A stretch of DNA of 64,000 bases from positions 24,156 to 88,155 of the forward strand of contig CAYRGD010000001.1 in assembly GCA_964423885.1 (NCBI GenBank), in the 5' to 3' direction. The stretch comes from an uncultured Candidatus Saccharibacteria bacterium (GTDB lineage Bacteria > Patescibacteriota > UBA1384 > JACPKC01). The notes under the pieces were generated by a model. It saw nothing but the letters and a program-made list of their open reading frames with translations. It had not been told where the DNA came from and searched no databases. Each line of letters starts with the position of its first letter. The first letter of the stretch is position 1. The position numbers and the translations under genes were made by a program. This document shows, one piece after another, positions 9,960 through 20,113 of the stretch.

Positions 9960-12567
9960 ATGGCGAGTACGAACAGACGTGCGGCAGCCGGCATGCGCCG
10001 CTTGCTGGCGTTGACGCTCCTGGTTGCGCTCCAAGCCTTGGGTATCCAGGTTGCGGCCCCGTTCGCAGCCCCGAGCTACGACACTGCTACGGCCGCTACT
10101 CAATCCGCCTACGCGAATCTCCCGCTTGCCTTCGAGCCGAACCTCGGCCAAGCAGGCGATGGGATTAGCTATCTCGTCCACCACGGCCAGGCCGTGACCG
10201 CCTTCTCGTCGACCGGCACCACGACCAGTATCGGCGGGAAACAGATCGCGATGACGTTGCGCGGCGCGGCGGCACAGGACTTCGCGGGTACCGATGAACT
10301 CCCGTCGAAGACCAACTACTTCCTCGGCAACGACCAATCCGACTGGCACTCGGATATTCCGAACTACGCAAAGTTATTTGCCAAGGACGTCTATCCTGGC
10401 ATCGACCTGGCCTACTACGGCACGAACTCACAGCTGGAACACGACTTCATCGTCAGTCCCGGTGCGAATTACAAACAAATCGCCTTCGGCTTCACCGGGC
10501 AGGACGATCTGACCTTGGACGATGACGGTAAACTCGTTCTCAAAGTGGGCGACGACCAGCTAACCTTGAATGCTCCGGTCACGTACCAGACCGACACTAA
10601 CTCGAAGCACACGATCCCGAGCAGCTTTGAACTCCACGACGGCACCGTTACGGTCACTGTTGCCGACACGTACGACCCGGCGAAACCGCTCGTCATCGAC
10701 CCGGTGTTGTCGCTGGCGTACTCCACATACCTGGGCGGGAGCGGGAGCGACACCGCCAACGCGATCGCCGTCGACGACGACGGGAACGCCTACGTAGCAG
10801 GTATAACCACCTCGGCAGACTTTCCGACCGCGTCGCCATACCAGGGGAGTCTTGTCGGCCAGCAGGCTGCGTTCGTCGTCAAGTTCAACCCCGCCGGTTC
10901 GGCCTTGCTGTACGCTACCTATCTGGGCGGGGGCGCCGACACGGCAACGTGGGGAAACAGTATCGCGGCTGACAGTAGCGGCAGTGCCTATGTTGCCGGT
11001 AGTACCGAGGCCGCCGATTTCCCGACCGTCTCGCCATATCAAGGGAGCCTGATAGGTTTCCAAAATGCCTTTATCACGAAGCTCGACCCGTCCGGTTCCG
11101 CCCTCGTCTACTCGACGTATCTGGGCGGGAGCAACAGCGATGCAGTGAGCGCTCTTGCCGTCGATGCCTCCGGCAATGCCTATGCAACCGGCTACACAGT
11201 GTCCTCTGACTTCCCAACCGCTTCGCCGTTCCAGGGGAGCCTCGACGGCACGAATGCCGATGCCTTCGTCGCCAAACTCGACCCGTCCGGTTCCGCCCTC
11301 GTCTACTCGACCTACTTGGGCGGGGACAGCCTCGATCTCGGCGAGGGTATCGCCGTGGATGCGTCAGGTAGCGCCTACATAGCAGGCTCGACGCTGTCGA
11401 CCGACTTTCCCACTGCCTCACCGTTCCAGGGCAGCTCTAGTGTCGGTGGCGATGCCTTCGTGACCAAGCTCAATCCGGCCGGTTCAGCCTTGGTGTATTC
11501 GACCTACTTGGGCGGGAATAGCGGGGAAGAGGCGAGGGGTGTGGCTGTCGACGCCGACGGCAACGCGTACCTCGCCGGTTTGACCGAGTCGACCGATTTC
11601 CCGACCTCATCGCCGTACCAGGGAAGCAGTGGCGGCTCGCAAGACGCCTTCGTCGCCAAGCTGAACGCTGCCGGTTCGGCGTTGGTCTACTCGACCTACC
11701 TGGGCGGGAGTGGCGGCGATGGCGCCTACGACATTGCCGTCGACGCTACTGGCAACACATATGTCACTGGGGGGCACGGACTCGCCCGACTTTCCAACCA
11801 CCTCGCCGTTCCAGGCTGCGAGCGGTGGCGCCACCGATGCTTTCGTCGCGGAATTGAATCCGGCCGGCTCGGCCTTGGACTATTCCACCTATCTAGGCGG
11901 GAGCGCGGGCGATAATACCAATGCTCTTGCCGTCGATGCTGCCGGCAGTGCCTACGTAACAGGATCGACGCTGTCGTCCGATTTTCCGACCCAGTCGCCG
12001 TTCCAAGGCAGTCTCGGTGGTATAGACGATGCGCTTGTCACCAAGTTATCGGACGGGTTGGACATCGTTGCCCGCGTAAATCCGACCCTCACGTTCACCG
12101 TCGGCAGTACGAGTTGCGCTCTTGGCACGCTTTCGACCACCCAGACCCAGCAGTGCACGTACACGCTGTCCGCGGCGACGAACGGGGAATCCGGGTACGG
12201 TATTTCGTATCTTCCTGCAGCTACCTTAACCAGTGGCGGGAACACGATTACCGCCTTGGGGTCGCCGACTGCCAGTACGCTCAATACGGAGCAGTTCGGG
12301 TTGAACTTGGCAGCCAATACCGCAGCCGGGTCACATACGGCGACGGATTTCGGTGCGGCACCGTCGGGTGGATCCGGTGCCGCAGTAGTCAACTACGCCA
12401 CGGCCAACTCATTCAAGTTCGCCACTGCCGGTGACCAAGTCGCGTCGTCGGCCGGTCCGTCACTCGCGACCACGTACACCGTCTCGACCATCGCGAACAT
12501 CGGGAACGCCACCGAGGCCGGGGCATATAGTACGATCGTGACGTTCAACGTTGTTGCGGGATACTAG
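9960..12567 (+). pseudogene. Secreted SBBP-repeat beta-propeller surface protein, split by a frameshift (ORFs 9960-11915 and 11710-12567)
   Basis: Signal peptide, LPLAFEPNLGQ N-terminal domain and seven Y[SA]TYLGG repeats. The repeat register moves to another frame at the G6 run 11769-11774. Removing one G gives YVTGGTDSPDFPT and an 868-aa protein. Confidence 0.8.
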
Positions 12568-12571
12568 GCGT

Positions 12572-14134
12572 ATGCAGCGTCGCGTTCCTCTGTTCTGGTT
12601 CGACCACGCCCACGAGTGGCTGGCGCGGCATTCCGACCTGTACGGCCGGTGGCACGAGGCGCCGGTTGCCAGCGCGGTCCACTGGTTGGCGCTGGCCGGC
12701 TACCTGGTGCTGGTAGCAACGCTTGGCAGTGCGGCCGTGGCGCCAGCCCTGTCTGCGAGCGCCGAAACGAACGCCATCGATTTCGAAGCCGGGTACGTGG
12801 CCGGGAACATCGACGGCCAGCAAGGCTGGACGAATACGGGCGGGCTCGACGCGGCCGTGGTGCCGAACACGTACGGGTACGCGCCGTTCGGAGCGACCAG
12901 TCTGCGGATCTCGAACGGCATCACCTCGAGCGGGTTCGGCAACCAGCCCTTCGCGCCGTACCTGGATGAAGAGGCGGGGGAAACCACAGCCTACTCGACC
13001 GCCCCGACGCCCACGCGGTGGTCGTCGTTCTTCGCCCAGTTCGACGTGGCCTCCACCGTGCCAGGCGCCGAGCAGTCGGGCCTAGCCGTCCGAGTGAGCC
13101 CGGACGCGGGCGGCGGTATCCGTATGGCCTGGCTCGAGATCGTGGATACGCCGTCGGGCCTTGCGATCAATACGCAGGATTTCCACGACCTGCCGCCCTA
13201 CGGCAGCACCGGCTCGCCGTCGGACGGGTGCGGCGTGGGCGGCGACACGTTCACCGGAGCATCCGTGGCAAGCGGGCTTGACCGGAGCGTGCCGCATACG
13301 GTGCGGATCGCTATGACGCTCATCGACGGGCCGGCCAACGACGTCGTATCGATCTACGTCGACGGTGCGCTCGCGTTCACCGGCACCGACTGGGAAGACT
13401 ACCACCGCTGGTGCGAAGGCGCGCCCAACGAAAGCCGCACGATCCGGACGTTGCTCTTCCGCATGAGCGGCGCAGCTGCGCCGGCTGCCCTGGGCAACGG
13501 CTTGTTATTCGACAACTTCATTATCGCGTCAGGCGCACTGCCCAAGGCGATCACGGCATTCAGTATCAACGGGTCGGCCGGCACGATCGACCAGTCGACG
13601 CATACCGTCGCGGTCACGGTGCCGTACGGCACGGACGCAACGTCGCTCGCGCCGACGGTCGCGATAGCCGGCGCATCGGTGAGCCCTGCGAGCGGCAGTG
13701 CCCAAGACTTTACCCTGCCGCGCACCTATACGGTCACGGCCGCCGATCTGACCACCCAAGACTATCTTGTGACCGTCACGGCCGCTGCTGCGCCGCCGAC
13801 CGATGACGCAGCAACCGAGGAACCGATACCGGATACGGTAGGGGGTGCTGCCGCCACTCGTACCGGGACAACCACGCTGCCAGCCGCTACGCCGAAGCCC
13901 CTCCCGGGTGCAGGGTCGGCTGAAACGGGCCCTGCTTCGTCGGACATGACGCTCGGCATTACCGATGCCTCTGCCACTGTACCGGTTACGGTCGCCGGCT
14001 CGACAAGCGTGTTCCAGGCGACCTGGCTCTTCCTGCTGCTGTTCTTCCTCTTGTTACTCTGTCTCGTCCAGTTCTGGCGGACGCTCGACGACGACGGCTT
14101 GATCGCCGTCCGGCAGACTACTCGCCGGGAATAA
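12572..14134 (+). CDS. Secreted/membrane-anchored surface protein (lectin-like beta domain, DUF5018-like Ig domain, Thr/Pro/Ala linker, C-terminal TM)
   Basis: N-terminal hydrophobic segment, KAITAFSI...VTVPYGTDATSLAPT...VSPASG...YTVTAAD pattern and hydrophobic C-terminus. Start taken at ATG 12572. Confidence 0.75.
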   Translation: MQRRVPLFWFDHAHEWLARHSDLYGRWHEAPVASAVHWLALAGYLVLVATLGSAAVAPALSASAETNAIDFEAGYVAGNIDGQQGWTNTGGLDAAVVPNTYGYAPFGATSLRISNGITSSGFGNQPFAPYLDEEAGETTAYSTAPTPTRWSSFFAQFDVASTVPGAEQSGLAVRVSPDAGGGIRMAWLEIVDTPSGLAINTQDFHDLPPYGSTGSPSDGCGVGGDTFTGASVASGLDRSVPHTVRIAMTLIDGPANDVVSIYVDGALAFTGTDWEDYHRWCEGAPNESRTIRTLLFRMSGAAAPAALGNGLLFDNFIIASGALPKAITAFSINGSAGTIDQSTHTVAVTVPYGTDATSLAPTVAIAGASVSPASGSAQDFTLPRTYTVTAADLTTQDYLVTVTAAAAPPTDDAATEEPIPDTVGGAAATRTGTTTLPAATPKPLPGAGSAETGPASSDMTLGITDASATVPVTVAGSTSVFQATWLFLLLFFLLLLCLVQFWRTLDDDGLIAVRQTTRRE

Positions 14135-14633
14135 GGACGATCCGGATCGCGGTGCCGCCGACGGCCGCGTCTACCAGAAAACCGAAGAGCGGCTGGACGC
14201 CTGGTTGGGTCTGGCTTGTGGCAGGTGCCGTCAACCGGTACGGCGACGTATCGAGCCGGGCATGGAGGTCGTCGAGTTCAGCCTGCGTGATCGGCTCGTC
14301 GGTTGTGTAGCGCAACAGCGACTCGTGCGGTCCGGACGTAGTGCTCGCTGCCCGTTGCGCCTCGGTGAAGGCCTGATCCGCCACGGCGCAGCCCTTGTCG
14401 AACGCCTCGCAGCGGTTCGTCTGGGCGACGCCCATCAGCCGCACGGCCGACCCAAAGACTGGTTCGAGGATATCCCGCAGGAGCATCGTGTTCTCGTCGA
14501 CGAGGCCGTTCTGCGCCAGCTGCGCATCGAACCCTATCGGTTGGCCCGGCTCGAGCTGCTGTTTCGCGGCCTGGTAGCCCGCGGTACTCGCTATGAGCGC
14601 GGTTAGGATGACAACTGTCCAGGTAGTGCGCAT
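14118..14633 (-). CDS. Hypothetical exported protein
   Basis: ATG 14633 preceded by an AAGGAGGAG RBS; N-terminal signal or TM segment (MRTTWTVVILTALIASTAG). Confidence 0.65.
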   Translation of the reverse strand: MRTTWTVVILTALIASTAGYQAAKQQLEPGQPIGFDAQLAQNGLVDENTMLLRDILEPVFGSAVRLMGVAQTNRCEAFDKGCAVADQAFTEAQRAASTTSGPHESLLRYTTDEPITQAELDDLHARLDTSPYRLTAPATSQTQPGVQPLFGFLVDAAVGGTAIRIVLIPGE

Positions 14634-14700
14634 GCTCCTCCTTCGTACTGCGTATAGTGTACCAAGCCCGAGCACGGTACCGCTGTGGTAGGATGCAGGT

Positions 14701-16062
14701 ATGGCGAAAGCGTCGGCTGCCACGTACGTCTGCACCGAATGTGGGAACGAAACCGCCCAATGGGCGGGCAAGTGCCCGGCCTGCGGCACGTGGAACTCGC
14801 TCAAGGAGCTGCGGGGGATCGGTGCGGCGCACACCAAGCCGACCGGTGCGCAGCGCAAGGCGTGGGTCGAGGCGGTGGCACCGGTATCGGCCGCGGACGC
14901 CGCCCAGGCACAGAAGACACTCGAACGGTTCCCGTCGATGCCCGAGGTCGACCGTGTCCTAGGCAGCGGATTCGTGCCTGGCAGCGTCCTGCTGCTGGCC
15001 GGCGAGCCGGGGATCGGGAAGTCGACGCTGCTGCTCGCGGTCGCCGACGCGGTGGCGGCCGGCGGCCCTGTCCGCTACCTGTCGGGCGAGGAATCGGCCG
15101 CCCAGGTACTCGACCGCGCCCGTCGGCTCGGTATCGCGAGCCCGCAGCTTACCGTGGCCTCGCTCACCGACGTCGACGCGATCATCGCGGCCATGGCCGC
15201 CGAGCCGCTGCCACGCCTTGCGATCGTCGATTCTATCCAGACCGTGTTCGATCCGTCGATCCCGTCGACGCCCGGCAGTTTGGTGCAGGTGCGTGACTCG
15301 GCCCTGCGCTTGACCGAAGCGGCCAAGCGCCAGGGAACGACCCTTATCCTGTCGAGCCACGTCACCAAGGAGGGGACGCTGGCCGGGCCGCGGACGCTCG
15401 AACACTTGGTGGACGTTGTACTCTACCTGGAAGGCGACCGGTACCACGTGTTGCGGATGCTGCGCGGCGTCAAGAACCGGTTCGGCCCCACCGACGAGGT
15501 CGGGGTGTTCCAGATGAAGGAGTCCGGCCTCGAGGCCGTCGCCAATCCGTCAGCCCGGTTCCTGTCGGAGCGGAGCGAGCAGTTGCCGGGATCAGTGCTC
15601 ACCTGCGTGCTCGAAGGCATGCGGCCGTTCCTGATCGAGGTGCAGGCGCTCACCACGCCGACCAAGTTCGGCTACGCCAAGCGGCGGGGGATCGGCGTCG
15701 ATACCAACCGGCTCGAACTGGTGCTGGCGGTACTCGAACGCCGGGCCGGACTCAAATTGTCGGAGCATGACGTGTTCGTGAACGTGGTGGGCGGCCTCAA
15801 AACCCAAGAACCGGCGACCGACCTTGCCATCGCCGCGGCGATCGCGAGCTCGCTCAAGAACGTCCCGGCCGACCCGAAGCTCGTATTCGTGGGCGAGATC
15901 GGGCTCACCGGCGAGCTGCGCCGGGTGCGGTTTGCCGAGCGTCGCGCCAAAGAAGCGTCCCGGTTCGGGTTCGCGATGGCGGGCGGCAAGGATGTCGGCT
16001 CTGTTTTGACTACGCTTTTCGGCGGCCCGCGCCCGGTGCGCCGGACTACGGCAGCGTCGTAA
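14701..16062 (+). CDS. radA: DNA repair protein RadA/Sms
   Basis: C4 zinc finger (CTECG...CPACG), GEPGIGKST, DSIQT, KNRFG and Lon-like C-terminus. Confidence 0.97.
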   Translation: MAKASAATYVCTECGNETAQWAGKCPACGTWNSLKELRGIGAAHTKPTGAQRKAWVEAVAPVSAADAAQAQKTLERFPSMPEVDRVLGSGFVPGSVLLLAGEPGIGKSTLLLAVADAVAAGGPVRYLSGEESAAQVLDRARRLGIASPQLTVASLTDVDAIIAAMAAEPLPRLAIVDSIQTVFDPSIPSTPGSLVQVRDSALRLTEAAKRQGTTLILSSHVTKEGTLAGPRTLEHLVDVVLYLEGDRYHVLRMLRGVKNRFGPTDEVGVFQMKESGLEAVANPSARFLSERSEQLPGSVLTCVLEGMRPFLIEVQALTTPTKFGYAKRRGIGVDTNRLELVLAVLERRAGLKLSEHDVFVNVVGGLKTQEPATDLAIAAAIASSLKNVPADPKLVFVGEIGLTGELRRVRFAERRAKEASRFGFAMAGGKDVGSVLTTLFGGPRPVRRTTAAS

Positions 16063-18862
16063 CGGTCGTCTGTTCGGTCGTCTGGCTTTCGTTCCCGAAC
16101 GAGTCGACCGGGCGGATCGTGAGGTAGTACTTGACGCCTCCGGCCAGGTTCTTGACCGACAGCGAGCTCGTGGATCCCGGCGTCACCGCGACCTCGGTCG
16201 GGTAGAGCGTACCGAGCGTGTCTTTGATGGTCGAGACGTAGATGCGGACCCGTTCCAGGTCGGTGTCGGAAGGGTTCGTCCAGTTGAGGTGCGCGCCTTG
16301 GCTTTCCGGCAGGGCCGAGATGAACTTCGCTTTGCCCGGCGGCGTGGTGTCGCCTTCGACGTGGACCATGACCGACTGGCTCGTGCTGGCGCCGTTCACG
16401 TCGCGGACCGTGGCCGTGAGCGTGTGGTCGCCGACGCCCAGGTCGGACGTCTTGACGGTAAAGGTATACGGGCTGGCCGTCGCGGTTCCGTAGCTGATCC
16501 CGTCGACCGACAGCGCGACCGACGCGACGCCGAACGAGGCGGCCGGCTTGGTCACGACCAAGAAGGTACCGCTCACGGTCGCCCCGTCGGTCGGCGCGGT
16601 GATCGAGACAGTGGGGATCGTGGCATCGGTGTACATGTCGTCGGTTTCGGTCGGTGGCGAGCTCATGTCGTAGCCGTGGCCCCGCGCCCACTCGATGACC
16701 GGGTTTTCCCAGCTCGGCGTGTCCTTGCGTTCGGAATGGATCACGGTATAGGTGTGTTCTTCGGTCAGCGATTCCGGCGTCAGGCTGGTGGCCAGCTTGC
16801 CGTTCAGCTTGTTGAGTTTTACCTTCACGTGGACGTCGTCGGACCCTTTCGGCATCTGCCAGGGCGCGAACAGGTCGGCCACGGTCTCGGGCGACGAGTC
16901 GGTCGGGAACTTGTTGCTTAACCGGTCGACGGTCACCGTCTTAAGGCTGTCTGGCCGCACGAAGTCGTGGCGCTCGATCGTGCCCAGCGCGCTTTCCATG
17001 AAGGTGTGGAAAATCGGGGCTGCTACCACCGAGCCGTCGGCGTTCTTCATTCCCGTATTGTCGTTATTGCCCACCCAAACCGCGGTCGCGATGTCGGGCG
17101 TGTAGCCGACTGTCCAGGCGTCGTGGAATTCCTGGGTCGTGCCGGTTTTCGCCGCCACCTGGTACTTGGAGAAGTAGAGCGCCGAGCGCGGCCCGAACAC
17201 GGCCGACCGGGCGGCGTTGTCGCTCAAAATATCGGTGATCTGGTAGGCGATCGCCGGATCCAAGACGTCCTTTTCGCCGGTACCCGCTTTATGCTCGAAG
17301 AGCGAGGTGCCGTCGGACGCCGCCACCTTGAGGATGCTCACCGGCGGCCGGTAGGTGCCGCCGTCAGCGAAGACCGAAAAGGCGCTCGCCATGTCGATCG
17401 GCTTGACCTCGCCGCCACCGAGCACGAGCGCCAGGCCGTAGCGTTCCGGCTGGTTCAAGGTCGTGATACCCAGGTCGTGGGCCGTCTGCAACGCGTTGTC
17501 GAGCCCGACCAGGCCGAGCATCTTCACTGCCGGGATATTGAGCGAGTTGGCAAGCGAGAACCGTACGGACACGGGCCCGCGGAACCCGCCGTCGTAGTTG
17601 TTCGGTTTGTAGTTGCCGAAGTCGGTCGGCACGTCCCAGAGCGTGGTCGCCGGGTTGTAGCCCTGCTTGAACCCGGTCGCGTAGACGATCGGCTTGAAAC
17701 TCGAGCCCGGTTGCCGTTCCGACAGCGTGACGTTGACGTTGCCGTCGTGCTCGGTGTCGAAGTAGTCCGCCGACCCGACCATCGCGAGCACCTCGCCGGT
17801 GTGCGGGTCGAGCGAGATGAGCGCCGCGTTGCTGCCGCCGCGTTGGCGGACCTTGGCCATGCCTTGGTCGATCGCCGCCTCGGCCTGTTCCTGTAACCCC
17901 AGGTCGAGCGAGGTGGTTACCTTGAGCCCGCCTTCCTCGACCCGCTGCTCGCCGAACTGGTCGACCAGCTGCTCGCGGATGTAGAAGACGAAGTGCGGCG
18001 CCTTGATCGAATCCTTCTGCGGCACCACCGCGATATCGGTCGCCTTGGCCGCGTCGGCGGCCGCGCGGGTCACGTCGCCCAGGTCGGCCATGGTGTCCAG
18101 GATGAAGTCGCGCCGGGCTTTCAAATCGTCGGTGTGGGTGCCGTAGGGCGAGAAGTAGGTCGGGCGCTGGGGAATGCCGGCAAGCAGGGCAGCCTGTTCA
18201 AGGTTCAGCTCCTTGGCCGGCTTTTCGAAGAACGCCTGCGATGCCGCCTCGATCCCGTAGATATTGCTGCCGTACGGGATCTCATTGAGGTACATCGTCA
18301 GGATCTCGTCCTTGCTGAACATGCTTTCGATCTCGAGCGAGAGAATGAGTTCCTTGATCTTGCGGTCCAAGGCTTTCTGGTTCGTGAGCAGGGCGTTCTT
18401 GACGTACTGTTGGGTGATCGTCGAGCCGCCGACCCGTTTGCCGGTGAATACGTCGATGAACACCGACCGTAGGATGCCTTGGAAATCGACGCCGTGATGT
18501 TTGTAGAAGTTTTTGTCCTCGACCGCGACCACCGCCTGTTTGACCACGTCGGGGATATCGGCGCTCGCGAGCGTCCGGCGGTTCTCGTCGCCGTGGATCT
18601 CGTACAGGAGCGTCCCGTTCCGGTCGTAGATCTGGCTCGACTGCGCCGCCTGGCGTTCTCGGATCTTGCCCGGTGTCGGCAGGTCTTTGGAGTACCAAGC
18701 GAAGAGCGCGGCCACCAGGAATACGCCCGTGACCGCGGCCAGGCGGATCCGGCGCCAGAACTTCTTTTTGTCGGTTTTGGCCCACGCGGTACGGACCCGG
18801 CGGACAAGGGTGCCGATCGACGGGACGCGCGGCGGCTTGGGAGAGGGTTTGGTGTGTGCCAT
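16046..18862 (-). CDS. Class A penicillin-binding protein (PBP1A family) with C-terminal Ig-like and FN3-like domains
   Basis: Transglycosylase motifs EDKNFYKHHG, GGSTITQQ and RKIKE; transpeptidase motifs SSFK, SLN and KTG. Start moved to ATG 18862 (MAHTKPSP). Confidence 0.93.
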   Translation of the reverse strand: MAHTKPSPKPPRVPSIGTLVRRVRTAWAKTDKKKFWRRIRLAAVTGVFLVAALFAWYSKDLPTPGKIRERQAAQSSQIYDRNGTLLYEIHGDENRRTLASADIPDVVKQAVVAVEDKNFYKHHGVDFQGILRSVFIDVFTGKRVGGSTITQQYVKNALLTNQKALDRKIKELILSLEIESMFSKDEILTMYLNEIPYGSNIYGIEAASQAFFEKPAKELNLEQAALLAGIPQRPTYFSPYGTHTDDLKARRDFILDTMADLGDVTRAAADAAKATDIAVVPQKDSIKAPHFVFYIREQLVDQFGEQRVEEGGLKVTTSLDLGLQEQAEAAIDQGMAKVRQRGGSNAALISLDPHTGEVLAMVGSADYFDTEHDGNVNVTLSERQPGSSFKPIVYATGFKQGYNPATTLWDVPTDFGNYKPNNYDGGFRGPVSVRFSLANSLNIPAVKMLGLVGLDNALQTAHDLGITTLNQPERYGLALVLGGGEVKPIDMASAFSVFADGGTYRPPVSILKVAASDGTSLFEHKAGTGEKDVLDPAIAYQITDILSDNAARSAVFGPRSALYFSKYQVAAKTGTTQEFHDAWTVGYTPDIATAVWVGNNDNTGMKNADGSVVAAPIFHTFMESALGTIERHDFVRPDSLKTVTVDRLSNKFPTDSSPETVADLFAPWQMPKGSDDVHVKVKLNKLNGKLATSLTPESLTEEHTYTVIHSERKDTPSWENPVIEWARGHGYDMSSPPTETDDMYTDATIPTVSITAPTDGATVSGTFLVVTKPAASFGVASVALSVDGISYGTATASPYTFTVKTSDLGVGDHTLTATVRDVNGASTSQSVMVHVEGDTTPPGKAKFISALPESQGAHLNWTNPSDTDLERVRIYVSTIKDTLGTLYPTEVAVTPGSTSSLSVKNLAGGVKYYLTIRPVDSFGNESQTTEQTTVTTLP

Positions 18863-18931
18863 AGAGGAAGGAATCGTCGCTTGAGATTCTACCACATCCT
18901 TTCTATACTTTCCGGGAGTAAGGAGTATCCG

Positions 18932-20113
18932 ATGGCCCGATCTTTCTGGGACTTGGCGGTCGACCGCGTCTACCCGTCGGTTGCGGCGTTCACGGCCGCT
19001 GCCGCGCAGCCGTTGCGCGTCTACTTGGGCGTCGACCCGACGAGCCCGCACATCCACCTGGGGACCGCGGTGCCGCTCCGGATTCTGGCCCGGCTGCAAG
19101 AACAGGGGCACACCGTGATCCTGCTCATGGGCGGGTTCACGGCCCGTATCGGCGACCCGACCGGCCGCGACGCTACCCGCCCCGAGCTCACCGCCGACGA
19201 GGTGGCCGCCAATATGACCACCTACGCCGAGCAGGCCTTCGCGATCCTCGACCCGAAGCGGACGCTGGTGCGCGACAACGCCGAGTGGTGGGGCGCTGCC
19301 GGCGAGATGGGCACGCTCGAGGCGTTCCTGGGGCTTGGCCGGCAGTTCACCGCCGCGCAGCTGCTCGAACGAGACATGTTCCAGGAGCGGGCCAAGGCCG
19401 GGCAACCGGTCACCTTGACCGAGCTTCTCTACCCGGTCATCCAGGCCTACGATTCCGTGATGCTCGATGTCGACGCCGAGCTCGGCGGCACCGACCAGAC
19501 GTTCAACATGCTTGCCGGCCGGACACTTATGCGCCAACAGAAACAAAAGGAAAAGTACGTGCTGACGACCCGGCTGCTCACCGGTTCCGACGGCCGCAAG
19601 ATGAGCAAGTCGTACGGGAACGCGGTCTGGATCACCGACAGCCCGGCCGAGATGTTCGGCAAGCTTATGGCAGTGAGCGACGCGGTCTTGCCCGAGTACT
19701 GCGCGCTCGCGGCCGGGATCGATCCCGACGAACCGGTATTCGCGGCCCTGATCCGGAGCGACCCGCGTGCGGCCAAGGCGAAGATGGCCTACGAAACGGT
19801 GGCGTTCTACCACGGTGCCGAGGCGGCCGAAACCGCCAGCCGGGGCTTCGACCGCCAGTTCCGCGACGGCGCCCTGCCCGACGAGATCGCCGAACGTTGG
19901 CCGTCGGTGGTTGCGCAGGAACGACTGACGTTCTTTTTGGTCGACCTGGGCCTGGCAAGCTCCAAGACCGAGGCAGCGCGCCTTATCGCCCAGGGCGGGG
20001 TCAAGGTCGACGGTGCCGTCATCACAGACCCGTTCGCGGCGCTCATGCCCCGGCCGGGGATGCTCATCCAGGTGGGCAAGCGCCAGTTCGTCCGTCTGGC
20101 CGAACCGCGATGA
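18932..20113 (+). CDS. tyrS: Tyrosine--tRNA ligase
   Basis: YLGVDPT..HIHLG, IGDPTGR, GGTDQ, KMSKS and C-terminal S4 domain. Start at ATG 18932 after an AAGGAG RBS. Confidence 0.96.
   Translation: MARSFWDLAVDRVYPSVAAFTAAAAQPLRVYLGVDPTSPHIHLGTAVPLRILARLQEQGHTVILLMGGFTARIGDPTGRDATRPELTADEVAANMTTYAEQAFAILDPKRTLVRDNAEWWGAAGEMGTLEAFLGLGRQFTAAQLLERDMFQERAKAGQPVTLTELLYPVIQAYDSVMLDVDAELGGTDQTFNMLAGRTLMRQQKQKEKYVLTTRLLTGSDGRKMSKSYGNAVWITDSPAEMFGKLMAVSDAVLPEYCALAAGIDPDEPVFAALIRSDPRAAKAKMAYETVAFYHGAEAAETASRGFDRQFRDGALPDEIAERWPSVVAQERLTFFLVDLGLASSKTEAARLIAQGGVKVDGAVITDPFAALMPRPGMLIQVGKRQFVRLAEPR

Noticed and set aside
10718-12050. Regularly spaced ~190-nt repeats resembling an array
   Set aside because: They are coding SBBP propeller repeats with synonymous divergence, not CRISPR repeats with spacers.
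18863-19813. Apparent 317-aa N-terminal extension of the PBP (1255-aa ORF), and similar extensions of murG, tyrS, argS and pilO
   Set aside because: The extensions overlap neighbouring genuine genes. Internal ATGs with an RBS or stop/start overlap give normal lengths, so these are not fusions.
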